Below are positions 11,181 to 24,167 of a stretch of 64,000 nucleotides of DNA, piece by piece; the first letter of the stretch is position 1; each line of letters begins with the position of its first letter. The translations under genes and the position numbers were made by a program. Where the stretch lies: NCBI RefSeq assembly GCF_964213995.1, contig NC_135817.1, positions 68,510,001-68,574,000 of the forward strand, in the 5' to 3' direction. The notes under the pieces were generated by a model. It searched no databases. It was not told the DNA's origin and saw only the letters and a list, made by a program, of their open reading frames with translations. Origin of the DNA: Mustelus asterias. Taxonomy: Eukaryota.

Positions 11181-13253
11181 AGTAAATTTGCTGATGACAC
11201 CAAGATTGGTGGAGTAGTGGATGAGGTGGAGGGCTGTTGTAGGCTGCAAAGAGACACAGATAGGATGCAAAGCTGGGCTGAAAAATGGCAAATGGAGTTT
11301 AACCCTGATAAATGTGAGGTGATTCATTTTGGTAGGACTAAGTTAAATGTGGATTACAGGGTCAAAGATTGGGTTAACAAAGAACAATACAGCACAGGAA
11401 CAGGCCCTTCGGCCCTCCAAGCCCGCGCCGCTCCCTGGTCCAAACTAGACCAATCTTTTGTATCCCTCCATTCCCACTCCGTTCATATGGCTGTCTAGAT
11501 AAGTCTTAAACGTTCCCAGTGTGTCCGCCTCCACCACCTTGCCTGGCAGCGCATTCCATAAGACCATAAGACATAGGAGCGGAAGTAAGGCCATTCGGCC
11601 CATCGAGTCCACTCCACCATTCAATCATGGTTGATTTCAACTCCATTTACCCGCTCTCTCCCCATAGCCCTTAATTCCTCGAGAAATCAAGAATTTATCA
11701 ATTTCTGTCTTGAAGACGCTCAACGTCTCGGCCTCCACAGCCCTCTGTGGCAATGAATTCCACAGACCCACCACTCTCTGGCTGAAGAAATTTCTCCTCA
11801 TCTCTGTTCTAAAGTGACTCCCTTTTATTCTAAGGCTGTGCCCCCGCGTCCTAGTCTCCCCTGTTAATGGAAACAACTTCCCTACGTCCATCCTATCTAA
11901 GCCGTTCATTATCTTGTAAGTTTCTATCAGATCTCCCCTCAACCTCCTAAACTCCAATGAATATAATCCCACGATCCTCAGACGTTCATCGTATGTCAGG
12001 CCTACCATTCCTGGGATCATCCGTGTGAATCTCCGCTGGACCCGCTCCAGTGCCAGTATGTCCTTCCTGAGGTGTGGGGCCCAAAATTGCTCACAGTACT
12101 CCAAATGGGGCCTAACCAGTGCTTTATAAAGCCTCAGAAGTACATCCCTGCTTTTGTATTCCAAGCCTCTTGAGATAAATGACAACATTACATTTGCTTT
12201 CTTAATTACGGACTCAACCTGCAAGTTTACCTTTAGAGAATCCTGGACTAGGACTCCCAAGTCCCTTTGCACTTTAGCATTATGAATTTTGTCACCGTTT
12301 AGAAAATAGTCCATGCCTCTATTCTTTTTTCCAAAGTGTACGACCTCGCACTTGCCCACGTTGAATTTCATCAGCCACTTCTTGGACCACTCTCCTAAAC
12401 TGTCTAAATCTTTCTGCAGCCTCCCCACCTCCTCAATACTACCTGCCCCTCCACCTATCTTTGTATCATCGGCAAACTTGGCCAGAATGCTCCCAGTCCC
12501 GTCATCTAGATCGTTAATATATAAAGAGAACAGCTGTGGCCCCAACACTGAACCCTGCGGGACACCACTTGTCACCGGTTGCCATTCTGAGAAAGAACCT
12601 TTTATCCCAACTCTCTGCCTTCTGTCTGACAGCCAATCGTCAATCCATGTTAGTACCTTGCCTCGAATACCATGGGCCCTTATTTTACTCAGCAGTCTCC
12701 CGTGAGGCACCTTGTCAAAGGCCTTTTGGAAGTCAAGATAGATAACATCCATTGGCTCTCCTTGGTCTAACCTATTTGTTATCTCTTCAAAGAACTCTAA
12801 CAGGTTTGTCAGGCACGACCTCCCCTTACTAAATCCATGCTGACTTGTCTTAATCCGACCCTGCACTTCCAAGAATTTAGAAATCTCATCCTTAACGATG
12901 GATTCTAGAATTTTGCCAACAACTGAGGCCCCCACCACCCTCTGTGTAAAATATGTCCTTCTGATATCTGTGTTAAACCTCCCCCCCTTCACCTTGAACT
13001 ATAGGGTTCGTGGTGGGAGATACAGGAAGGATATCAGAGGTAGGTTCTTTACGCAGAGAGTGGTTGGGGTGTGGAATGGACTGCCTGCAGTGATAGTGGA
13101 GTCAGACACTTTAGGAACATTTAAGCGGTTATTGGATAGGCACATGGAGCACACCAGGATGATAGGGAGTGGGATAGCTTGATCTTGGTTTCAGATAAAG
13201 CTCGGCACAACATCGTGGGCCGAAGGGCCTGTTCTGTGCTGTACTGTTCTATG
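11181..13253 (+). mobile_element. Outer CR1 (11181-11368 and 12998-13253) interrupted by two nested minus-strand CR1s
   Basis: KFADDTK...NVDYRVK on the left; NYRVRGGRYRKDIRGRFF...GSGIA and 3'UTR on the right. Confidence 0.85.
11558..12922 (-). mobile_element. Young CR1 with an open RT fragment of about 430 aa, nested within another CR1 3' fragment (11376-11557 and 12923-13000)
   Basis: ORF 11637-12992: QHGFSKGRSCLTNL, YLDFQKAFDKVPH, GVPQGSVLGP, KFADDTK; (cataagac)n tail. Confidence 0.93.
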
Positions 13254-13421
13254 TAAAGCCGCTAGAAAGATGCAAGTTGTTGTTTATACCTTTTTCAAAA
13301 TAAAAGTGAAAATAACATTATTGGATGCACATTAATCACCGTACAAAGCTCGAGCACCAGTTTTCAGAAGTGTAAACATCTCTCGTATCTACAGGATATC
13401 ACCAGCAGTAACGGGTTTTAC

Positions 13422-13920
13422 CAGTGGTGGGTAACCTGCAGCCCGGGGGCCACATGCGGCCCATCAGGGTTCTGAATGCAGCCCATGAGATATTTGTAGA
13501 ATAGAATCCATTCATTTTGTTGACTGCTGCTCACACGAAGAGTTGGCACATTCCACTGATTTCCATCCATGTATCTTTTTTCCTACTGTTATAACTAAAG
13601 TGATGCGCACATAAAACAAGGGCACGTGAAGTGAAGTGCACGCTGAATGCACACATTGACTGCGAGAGCCATATGCTCCCTCTGCATCCAATCAAGCTTA
13701 AAATATTTATTTTATTTTTGCCACTGGTGATGACAGTTCTAAAAATACATGAATGGTTTCTATAACTTTTTCATAAGCATTTCCTATAACATGAAATATT
13801 CAGCATGAATAATACAAGGGTCATAGTTAATGAAAGAGCCCAATTTCAATTTTGCGTCCCACCAAGTTTAAGAAGGGCCATTCATGCAGCCCACTTACTA
13901 GCCTAGGTTTCTCACCACTG
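13422..13920. mobile_element. Non-autonomous hAT (Charlie-like) DNA transposon
   Basis: TIRs CAGTGGTGGGTAACCT / AGGTTTCTCACCACTG and subterminal GCGGCCC-like repeats. Confidence 0.7.
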
Positions 13921-14029
13921 CTCTACACGCAACGATTTGATACTAGCAAATTATTAAGTCAACCAGACAAGCCACGTACAATTAACTTAACCAAATACTA
14001 TCCTATCGATTTAACCTCTTATGAGGAAA

Positions 14030-14140
14030 TGATGGTACAGTGGTTAGCCTCACAGCACCAAGGACCTGGATTTGATTCCCAGCTTGGGTCACTGCTTGCG
14101 TGGAGTTTGCACGTTCTCCCAGTGTCTGCGTGGGTTTGAT
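14030..14140 (+). mobile_element. V-SINE 5' fragment
   Basis: tRNA-like head plus start of the V core. Confidence 0.7.
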
Positions 14141-14582
14141 GGTCAGATTTGGCTTCCAAAGCAATACCTTTTAAAATAGTGCAGATCGCAGAAACTTAAT
14201 CTGAGTTGGATGTAATTTGCGCTTGAATTTCCTTGATGATTTACACCAGTTTGCCCACTTTTAGACAAAATGCACTTGGGAAAATGAGCAATCTCGTGGA
14301 AACCTCTGGCCAAACACTTTTTGAATTGATAATTGCTACTGAAATGTTACAGAAGAAACGCAAGCCACATCAGTCAGTTGCAATCATCAGCTTAGATTTA
14401 TCTTCATGGCCCTTTAAAATGAATATCAATAACTGGCATCTTAACAGCACAGAGAAAGAATACATTCTGTAAACATTCATTGCCTTCACCAAGAAAGCAT
14501 GATTGAATAAACCACATTAGCAGAAGAAGAGTTAATAGTAAAGTCGAAGTTGCAGGCCCAACGATAAAGTTGAACTTTGTAC

Positions 14583-14642
14583 CTTCAATGTCACTGATCC
14601 ATCCTGGCCAGCAGGTTGAGTTGACCCCCTACGTCTATCCAT
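14583..14642 (-). CDS. SENP7: SENP7 first coding exon (MDRRRGSTQPAGQDGSVTLK)
   Basis: ATG at 14642 after a NAGNAG acceptor (cacatag|cag|ctgctcaaaATG); donor AAG|gtacaa; phase 0. Start resembles human SENP7 MDKRK and joins in frame to 5530-5649. Confidence 0.7.
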
Positions 14643-14825
14643 TTTGAGCAGCTGCTATGTGCAAGAACACAATTTTCAGAAATGTTTGAATATCAAACTA
14701 AACTGTTGGCAAACATTGTCAGTATTCGTAAATGAAAAGGCTACAAAAAATATTATTTTATGGTAGCAAAGGCTTTAAAAATGTAATTTCTCAAAAAAAA
14801 TGCCCAGGATAAAATTAGCCTTTAG

Positions 14826-15150
14826 ATAATCATAGCATCGCTACAGTGCGGAGAGGCGGCCATTTGGCCCATCGAGTCTGCACCAACCATAATCCCACCC
14901 AGGCCTTATCCCTGTAACCTCACATATTTACCCTGCTAATCCCCCTGACACTAGGATCAATTTACCATGGCCAATCAACCTAACCTGCACATCTTTGGAC
15001 TGTGGGAGGAAACCGGAGCCGCTGGAGGAAACCCACGCAGGCACGGGGAGAATGTGCAAATTCCACACAGACAGTGACCCAAGGCCGGAATTGAACCCGG
15101 GTCCCTAGCGCTGTGAGGCAACAGTGCTAACTACTGTGCCACCGTGCCAC
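14826..15150 (-). mobile_element. HE1-like V-SINE, CR1-type tail (type a)
   Basis: tRNA head, V core ggagtttgcacattctccccgtg..., tail gactcgatgggcc...ctatga. Confidence 0.9.
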
Positions 15151-15619
15151 CCCAGTAAGGTAAATAAGGTATTATTTACCACTAAGCACAGGCTTTCATC
15201 AAACTATTTTACCATAAGACATAGGAGCAGAATTAGGCCACTTGGCCCATCGAGTCTGCTCTGCCATTCAATCATGGCTGATTTTTTACCTATATTTGAT
15301 CAGTTTAGTGATATTTTCTAGAAGACTCATAGTCTATCACACAAAATAACTGAAAAGAATATACGTTAGCGATCAAAAGGTTAATGGTGCATCTTCTTAA
15401 TTGAGGATTTAATAGAAATATTAAAATTTGCCATCTCATAACATTAGTTAGCCATCACCAAAATCATGGATTAATGAACTGGCTCGACAAAATGAATTCT
15501 TTGAAGAACTGACTGAGTGTGGAGGTAAAAGGATTTGTGATCTGGAATGCAGTGCATGAGAATGTGTGCAGAAAAATTCAATGGTGGCTTTCAATGGAAA
15601 TTGTATAATTATCCGAAAG

Positions 15620-15642
15620 GGTGTGTGTGTGTGTGTGTGTGT
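15620..15642. repeat. (GT)n microsatellite
   Basis: About 11 GT units. Confidence 0.9.
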
Positions 15643-15904
15643 TAATGAATGGCTCTTACAGAGATGGCACATGGACACAACAAACCGAATGGCCACTCTT
15701 CTGTGCAACCACTCTAGCAGTTCTATGATTCTTTTTTCAAGTGTCACATTACATAATTGCTTCAAAATCAAGAATAAACAGAATGTGGCAGGAGGTACAG
15801 GATTGTTTGAAGTGGAGTAAACAAACAGTAGCAATTAATGAGATTGACAAGATGCTGTTGCCCCAGTATTTTGCTGGGACCTTTCATTCCTATATACTTA
15901 GTTT

Positions 15905-16520
15905 TAGTTTATTTATTACTGCCACAGTAACAGTGCAATGAAGTTACTGTGAAAATTCCCTAGTTGCCGCACTGGTGCCAGTTTGGGTACATTGAGGGAG
16001 AATTTAGCATGGCCAATGCAACTAACCAGCACGTCTTTCCACTGTGGGAGGAAATGGGAGCACCCAGAGGAAACCCACACAGACACAGGGAAAACGTGCA
16101 AACTCTGCACAGACAGTGACCCATGCCAGGAATCAAACCCGGGTCCCCGGGGGCTGTGAGGCAGCAGTGCTAACCATTGTGCCACCCCATTTTGGCAGGT
16201 ATCGGCAAATGTAATTTAATATGAAGTAAAAATCAAGTAAAAATTTATTTATTAGTCACAAGTAAGGCTTACATTAACACTGCAATGAAGTTACTGTGAA
16301 ATTCCCCTACTCGCCACAGGCCAGTGCCTGTTTGGGTCAATGCACCTAACCAGCACGTCTTTCAGAATGTGGAAGGAAACCAGAGCACCCGGAGGAAACC
16401 CATGCAGACACGGGGAGAACGTGCAGACTCCACACAGACAGTGACCCAAGCCGGGAATCGAGCCCGGGTCCCTGGCGCTGTGAGGCAGCAGTGCTAACCA
16501 CTATGCTACCGTGTCGCCCA
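15905..16520 (-). mobile_element. Two adjacent V-SINEs with type b tail (15905-16188, 16235-16520)
   Basis: Same head and core; tail ...ttcacagtaacttcattgcagtg...aataaa. Confidence 0.85.
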
Positions 16521-17839
16521 AGTAGCATGTTCTCTGAAAATAAACCGAATTTAAAATAGCAAAAATTCTGAACAGAGGGGGAGGACTGTGGATGAACAAT
16601 TATTCAAAATATCAGCTTACAACAAAATCAGTTTACACCACAGCAGCTTCTAAAAGCAGCTCCAGAATTGAATAGATCGGATGTTAGTGAAGATCCAGTC
16701 AAAGTGAAACTTGAAGCACCAGTTGCACCTGGTGTAGTAGTCATCTTAGTGACTGGAACATAGATGAATCCAAAAGCAATTATCTATACCAATCTTATTG
16801 ATGCAAAATGCACAATGATTAATTAATGAATGAACTTGTCAATTATCAAACTATAAACAAAATAGAATGTGGCTATATTTAAACATATCCATGAGGAACA
16901 AGGATAAAAGTAGCAATCAGCACAAACATATTTTAAGTCAGTAATTAAATATTTTATGAGAAATTGCTTCTTGACCATTTTAAATCCCCTGTAGTTCTTT
17001 ACCACATTGTTCTTACTTTTCCCCCCCGAATGAAATTCTCCTGCGTAATACACGATTTCCCTGGATCATTATTAAAATAGTACTCAATTCCCAGAAGTAC
17101 TTTAGTATTTGAAACTGAGCCAGAGGCACCCAAGAATCCCAATGGAAGTGCTGAATGGGTGCCATAGAGTGTTCCAGGACGGAATCTTCCGGCCATTCAC
17201 ACCCTGCCACTGCTGCAAGCGAGGACAGAGAATATGGCCCTCAACCAAATCTCCGTTCACTGCAGCAGCACCAGAAAATCCCGCTGGCGTGGACGGCAGG
17301 AAAATCCTAGCGCAGATGTATGGAAAAGCTTTTGGGGAACAGAATACTTATTTTCCTACCCAAAATTATCAGGCCACATTACATACTTGATTTTACTTCA
17401 TTCCTCAAAACTGATACTTTTACCGAGATGTTTTGATTAAATATTAGTCAGTATGTAAGCGCCAGGGAATTTTCTGCCTGGGATTACAATGCATTGCCCT
17501 ACAACTAAAAGGGAATTTAGGAAAACATATTTCATCCTTAAATCTCACTACTTGCTTCCTGGTGGAAGCAGAGACAGTTGACATTTTAGAAGGAAACAGG
17601 ATGGGCACTTGTGGGGAATAAACATGCAGGGCTACAAGGGAGTGGGAACATGTAAATTGCTCTACAGAGGGCCAGAATCGATTCAATAGGCTATACGGAC
17701 ACTTTTTGTGACATTATGACTTTATGTCTCTATCTGCTATACTGCAGTCAGGAGAAAGAGATGCCCCTTTGCACAAGAAAGCTCAAGTACTCTAGTTTTC
17801 CTGGTGTAGCATCGACTCCATCATGAATGTTTTACTTAG

Positions 17840-18500
17840 ACCATAAGAAATAGGAACAGGAGTAGGCCATTCGGCCCCTCGAGCCTGGTCTGCCATTCAA
17901 CAGGATCACGGCCGATCCGACACATTCCTCACATCCACTTTTCTACCCTTTCACCGTAGCCCTCGATTGCCTTACTGATCAAAAATCTATCTCAGCCTTA
18001 TATACACAACGACTCTGCCCCCACAGCCCTCTGTGACAAGGGGTTCCAAAGACTCACAACCCTCAGAAGAAATTCCTCCTCATCTCAGTCTTAAATTGGC
18101 ACCCCTTTATTCTGAGATTGTGCCCTCTGGTCCTAGATTCACCCATGAGGGGAAACACCCTCTCAGCATTTACTTGTCAAGCCCTTTAAGGATCCCATAT
18201 GTTTCAATGAGATTACCTTTCATTCTTCTAAATTCCAGTGAGTAGAGTCTCAACTTGTTTAAAATTTTCTCATAAGACAATCCCTCCATACCGGGGATCA
18301 TTCCAGTGAACCTGCTCTGAACTGCCACCAATTAAGTAATATCTTTCCTTAAATAAGGGGACCAAAACTGCTCACAGTATTCCAGATGTGGTCTCACCAG
18401 CACCTTGTACAGTTGCAACTCTCCTACTCTTACACCCCAACCCCCTTGAAATAAGGGCCAATATTCCATTAGCCTTCTTGATAATCTGCACGTTTGCTAG
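17840..18500 (-). mobile_element. CR1 3' fragment
   Basis: IKKANGILA...RPHLEY remnants and CR1 3'UTR. Confidence 0.85.
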
Positions 18501-19239
18501 CTTTCTGTGTTTCATCTCTGCAACCTTGCCTGGAAAAGTATTCCAATTATTTTCTTGTAACATGAATGGATGATTGTTTTAAATATATTTTTCTTACTAA
18601 TTCAAATATTCTGTTACTTCTTGTTTAAAGCAACGTAACAAAATGATATTTGCCTCTCCACACTCAAAAAAAGCACATTCCCTTGTATATAGATGCAAGA
18701 CTAAATAAAAACACCAAGGTCCTAATATCAACCAGATTCAAATTTCAGTAAGTTTATTCATTTGTACAGTGCATTCTAGAAATTAATGCATCCACAGTTC
18801 ACTCCCAGCTCGGCTAATAATCATAATCCCGGAAATTTATAGCCTGCATATCACTCAGATTGCATCCTTTAGGATGTTGAACATAGCCTCTGACCTTATA
18901 TCCTTTCTTAAAGATCACCTTTTCCTACTTCTAATATTTCCTTCTTCTAATATTTCCTACTTCTCAGCCCCAATACAGCCCAACATATTCAGGTCATTTT
19001 CACCTCCAGATTTATTTCAATGTAACCTTCCATTCACCACTCTCCATAAATGTCAGCTCAACTAAAAGCTTGTTTCCTGCACCCTATTCCACTGAAGTTT
19101 CCATTCACCCATCCCCTTATCCTCACTGACCTACCTTGCCATCTGGTTTCACAATAGTTCAAATTAAAAATTCTCACCTTCATATCAGATGGCCTATATG
19201 ACATCCAGCAATGGATGAGCTGAAGTTTCCTTCAACTCA

Positions 19240-19495
19240 GTGTCAGCTGTGGCTCAGCTAGGAGCACAGTTGCTTCTCAGTCAAAAGGTTGAGAGTTCAA
19301 TGACTCCAGGATTTGAGCACAACAATCAAAGCTGACACTCCAGTGCAGTACAAAGGTAATGTTGCACTGCTGGTTGTGCCATTTTCAGGTAGACATTAAA
19401 CCAAAGCCCTCTCAACCTTCTTAGGTGAATGTAAAAGAGCACACAGCGCTATTTTGAAAATCAATAGGGTGTCATGGCCATTATTTATCCCTGAC
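19240..19495 (+). mobile_element. DeuSINE (SacSINE1/AmnSINE-like), old
   Basis: tRNA head followed by Deu-domain-like gcactg...gtgcc...acattaaacc...aggtgaatgtaaaaga. Second copy at 44478-44645 (minus). Confidence 0.7.
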
Positions 19496-22286
19496 ATCTG
19501 TGCAATGTTGAGAAGATGAACACTGGCATAGAGGAAGCCACCTCAGCAACTCCAAACAGATATTTGAGCATCAGGCAGACCAAAGAACTTCTTTCATCTT
19601 TAATTGACGATTTATGCAATAAAAAATAATGAATGTCATCTCAAATCAAAACAAATTCAAGACTGCAATTCTGCTAAATCCAAAAAATAAATAAATTGGC
19701 AAATTGAAAGATATCTAAACTCTCTGACAGGAAACAGCTGTAGGATAAATGAACAGCGAGGATATTGAACGCGGGTGATTCTACACAAATCCCTTATCTA
19801 GAAAAAATGTGAATCACTGCACGCAAAATTTTAAATGCAACTATCCAATAGTACGCTGAATCATTTCCACAATGCTGAATAAACAGCAGTTATATGGAAA
19901 AGACAACATTGGCATGACTTGAAAAAAAAATACCTTCAATGAGATCCTTGACCTAAAAAAGTGAACTCTCGTGCCAGACCTGCTGCACTCTATCCTTTCC
20001 TTCTCTATGAACGATATGCTTCGTCTGTATAGTGCGCAAGAAACAATACTTTTCACTATATGCATGTGACAATAATAAATCAAATCGAATAATCCAGCAT
20101 TTTCTCTTTTTAATTATATCTTGATGGATGCATGTTGTTTCGCTGCAGCGTTTGAAAAAAAATCCTTCCTTCATGTCCATGATTCCCATTAACCTTCCTG
20201 TTCTCATCGCTGGCGAGGTGCTATCCCTCTGAGAACTTAAAGAGTGGAAAAGCCCTACAGAATAAGTCACCTGGGCTCTCTTGAGCAACTACCAGTATTT
20301 TAATAGCTTACTCCAAGTACTAATCTATCAGCCAGATCCTCCCTGTTGCAAAGTAGCATGTGGTTTTGAGGGACCCAACACACCTCTGGTACCAAAGCAT
20401 CTCGTCTGCAAATGGCTTTTCCCCTCAGCATCACCATAGCAAAAAAGAGAGATTGGAGATGCCCCTTTCAAAACCGTGAACCTTTTCCAACAGCGGTCTG
20501 AAAACCATAATGTGGGGTGAATTCCAAAGTACCAGCACATTCAGTTCTGCAATTTATAAACAAGCTATTACACTGCACAATTGATAACGGCATTGCTATA
20601 AATAATTAGGAATGCAAAAATTCTACTCTCCAAACATCCAAAAAGATTTAACTGCAATTATTTTAAAACAGAAGGTTATCCAAAGAGTCAGGCATGGATT
20701 ATGTAGCATTATTCTGCTCGTCACAAACAAAGACTGCCAGAATGTGAAAGGACTCTGAACTGCATCACCTGAGATATATGTCTGGAAAATACACTTTAAA
20801 AATTCTAAACAATGTTGTCAACTATTGCCCAGCACATAATTCTTTGTATTACATTTATTTTTAAATATTGTTCTGAGAATCTAATTATTAGTACAATGGA
20901 TATCACAAAAATATTGTGAAACCTGGAAGATGCTTTAGTCAACTCGCCCCAATTTCAAAACAATATCAACTGGAATGTTATCAAAAAGGTATCAAGTTGC
21001 ACATTCAAAACAAAATGAGAAAATAACTGGTTCATGAATACTTATGTTTAATCATGAACGATTTTATTCATTTTTTGAGAATTCACTTCCATGTATGAGA
21101 GGTGATTTTACTCTCATTGGTCATCCCTGTGACTGAATTTTTCCTCGGCTTTTGGGATTAGCAGGATTCCTGCATTGGGCCTTGAATTGGGGACAGTTTT
21201 CCTAATGCTGGCAATCCAATTCCCCATTGTCCCATACACTTTGATACCTGGGAGTACATGCATCGGATTGCCTGCATCAAAAAAACTGCCCGCAGTTAAT
21301 GGCCTGAGGCAGGATGTCAATTAGGCTCATTGACGAGCCAAAGGACACCATGACCTTGAGACCATTGCAATTTAGCGGTGGCTTGGGAATTAAATGGAAG
21401 CCACATTCATCTCCCGCACCTCGCGAAGGCTACACCCCTTTTGGGTTTGCCAACTAATCCGTCAGTACCTGATTGAGGAACTCACCATAGAATCATAGAA
21501 TCCTACAGTGCAGAAAGAGGCCACCAACCACAATCCCACCCAGGCCCTATCCACGTATCCCTACATATTTACCCACTAACTCCTCTAACCTATGCATCCC
21601 GGGACACTAAGGGGCAATTTAGAATGGCCAATCAACCTAGCCCGCACATCTTTGGACATCTGAGGGGCCAGTGATGCGCTGAAAGCCTCTCCCTGGCCCT
21701 TGCCTCTGATCCCCCTTAATCCCTCATGCACCTTTGGCCTCAAGTCCCTTAATGATCCTGAGACCAGATGAGTGCATTACCAGTGATGCTGACAGCTAAT
21801 CAGAGGCTTACAGCTCTCGGTGTGCAGGATTTTTACCCCCAGAATCCTCAAACACATAGAGGCTTTGACAGTGGCCAGTTAAGTCCCTGATAGGCACTTA
21901 ATTCCATCTAGCCACCCCCACAGAATTTTCAAGAGTTCCCCAGTGGACAAGACTCCAGTTAGGTCCATTAACTCACGCCCAATGTTTCAGGTTGATGGTG
22001 AAGGGTCATTATCAACCTGATAGGTTAACTCTGTTCCTTTGCACAGATGCTGCCTGAACTGCTGAGTATTTCCTGCATTTTCAATTTTAGTTTAGATTTC
22101 CAGTATTTGCAGTATTTTGTTTTTGTACAAGCGTATTTGATGTTTATTATTTTTCTGTCCACCCTTTAAATCAACACCAGGTTGCTGAATTTCAATATCA
22201 ACAAACATTAAATTTCTGTAAGCACTTCACTAAATTCACATTGTTCGAGAGAATGTTATAATAAAACAACATATCTTCTGACTCAC

Positions 22287-22378
22287 CTTGAGCAATGCCA
22301 CATTCAGGGTCTGCAAGATGATGTTGCAGCAAATGAACTTTTAGGTCAAATTCCAATCTGGTGTAAATCTGCAGAATT
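22287..22378 (-). other. SENP7: Probable SENP7 5'UTR exon
   Basis: cttatttcag| acceptor and AAG|gtgagt donor, 92 nt of unique sequence upstream of the ATG exon. Confidence 0.45.
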
Positions 22379-22659
22379 CTGAAATAAGCAATGCAGTCAA
22401 AATCACAGGACTGCCATTTTCAGATATATTTAGACACACAGTGCAAAACTAAGAGAAGTCACATCAAAAGACAATTCTGATTGTGTATTTCCTACTTCTC
22501 GAATAAGACCTAGTGGGTGATTTACAAATGAACGTGAACAGATCAAAAGTAAGTTTTAGTTTTGTTTTAGGAGTCACTAGACTAATTGGTGAGCTGTATT
22601 TTATACCTTTGCTAAGACTGATCCTGATTTTTTTTTTCCCTGCCTAAACCTGATGCTGA

Positions 22660-23015
22660 TCCCATTCATTGACTCTGTCTACACTTCCCGCTGCCTCGGC
22701 AAAGCAGCCTGCATAATTAAGGACCCCACGCACCCCGGACATTCTCTCTTCCATCTTCTTCCGTCAGGAAAAAGATACAAAAGTCTGAGGTCACGTACCA
22801 ACCGACTCAAGAACAGCTTCTTCCCTGCTGCCATCAGACTTATGAATGGACCCATCTTGCATTAAGTTGGTCTTTCTCTACACCCTAGCTATGACTGTAA
22901 CACTACATTCTGCACTCTCTCGTTTCCTTCTCTATGAATGGTATGCTCTGTGCATGCAAGAAACAATACTTTTCACCGTATGCTAATACATATGACAATA
23001 AAAGATCAAATCAAA
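22660..23015 (+). mobile_element. Rex1/Babar-clade LINE 3' fragment
   Basis: IDSVYTSRCLGKAA.IIKDPTHPGHSLFHLLPSGKRY...NSFFPAAIRL; (aaatc)n tail. Another tail at 19980-20090. Confidence 0.8.
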
Positions 23016-23054
23016 ATCATATTTTTCTCAGCCTGTGAAGGATTTACATTAACC

Positions 23055-23410
23055 ATAGAACCCCTACAGTGCAGAAAGAGGCCATTTGGTCCATCGAGTC
23101 TGCACAGACAACAATCCCCATATCCCTACATATTTACCTGCACCCATATTTACCCTCTAACCCTCATATTTACCCGCTAATCCCTCTAATCTACGCATCC
23201 CGGGACACTAAGGAACAATTTAGCTTGGCCAATCAACCTAACCTGCACATCTTTGGACTGTGGGAGGAAACCGGAGCACCCGGAGGAAACCCACGCAGAC
23301 ACGGGGAGAATGTGCAAACTCCGCACAGACAGTGACCCGAGCCGGGAATCGAACCCAGGTCCCTGGAGCTGTGAAGCAGCAGTGCTAACCACTGTGCCAC
23401 CGTGCCGCCC
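23055..23410 (-). mobile_element. V-SINE type a
   Basis: Full head, core and CR1-type tail; partial copy at 21486-21657. Confidence 0.9.
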
Positions 23411-23539
23411 ACATTAAGTCAGACCTCGAGCAGGAAAATAACAAAACAAAAACAAGGTGCAGTCAACTTGTTTCAACGCCTAAACCAAATTGCAAACATC
23501 CAAACAAAAATATTGGGTCAGAAAGAGAGTGAGGAGATC

Positions 23540-23960
23540 AGCACTCACCTCAGGAGAGTGAGATCCCAGGGATCTTGTGTGACTGGAGTAGGGGAATTAT
23601 AAAAACAAAAAAAGAGGAAGAAGTTGTTAAAACACAAGCAACAGCAAACAAACAGGGGGGGGGGGGGGGGGGAACTGAGGGGCCCACACAGCTTTCAACC
23701 CGTCAGCTGGCAGTAACGGTCACATCAGCATCCACAGGCCGCGGGCGCCCACAGGCCAGGCCGGGAACAGAGACAACACAGGCCGAGACAGGGCCAGCCA
23801 CCTCCCTACCCGCCCACACACAAGCCGTGTCCCCGATCCCGCTCTGATCAAGGGACGGCAGGCAAATCCAGAGTAGCCCCCAGGCCTTCTCTCTCTCTCT
23901 CCGCCTTCACTCCCAGGGCAGGCAGGAAGGAGGAAGGAATCCTCATTACAACGGAAGGGG
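23540..23960 (-). promoter_or_regulatory. GC/CpG-rich region, probable SENP7 promoter/first exon
   Basis: Local CpG enrichment at 23700-23910, G19 run at 23654-23672, strong minus-strand donor GAG|gtgagt at 23549/23548. Confidence 0.45.
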
Positions 23961-24167
23961 AGGAGCAACACTGAAAAAAAAACAAACCTTCAATGTCTCT
24001 GACACGACAAGTTGTCCCAACAAAATCTAGAGAGAAAAATAAAGAGCTTCTCCCACACAAAACACCTTCACTTCAGAGAGAGACAGACCCATGTCTGGTG
24101 TGTTCATCCTCCATACCTTGTTCTATGGAGTCTTCGATGGTGCTTTTTGGTTATTCAGTAGTTGGAG

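Noticed and set aside
11637-12992. 451-aa RT ORF as a domesticated or autonomous gene
   Set aside because: Starts at a non-ATG codon in a different CR1 fragment, lacks the endonuclease domain and is a 5'-truncated insertion.
14826-15150. tRNA genes
   Set aside because: A/B boxes belong to SINE heads; no acceptor stem or full cloverleaf.
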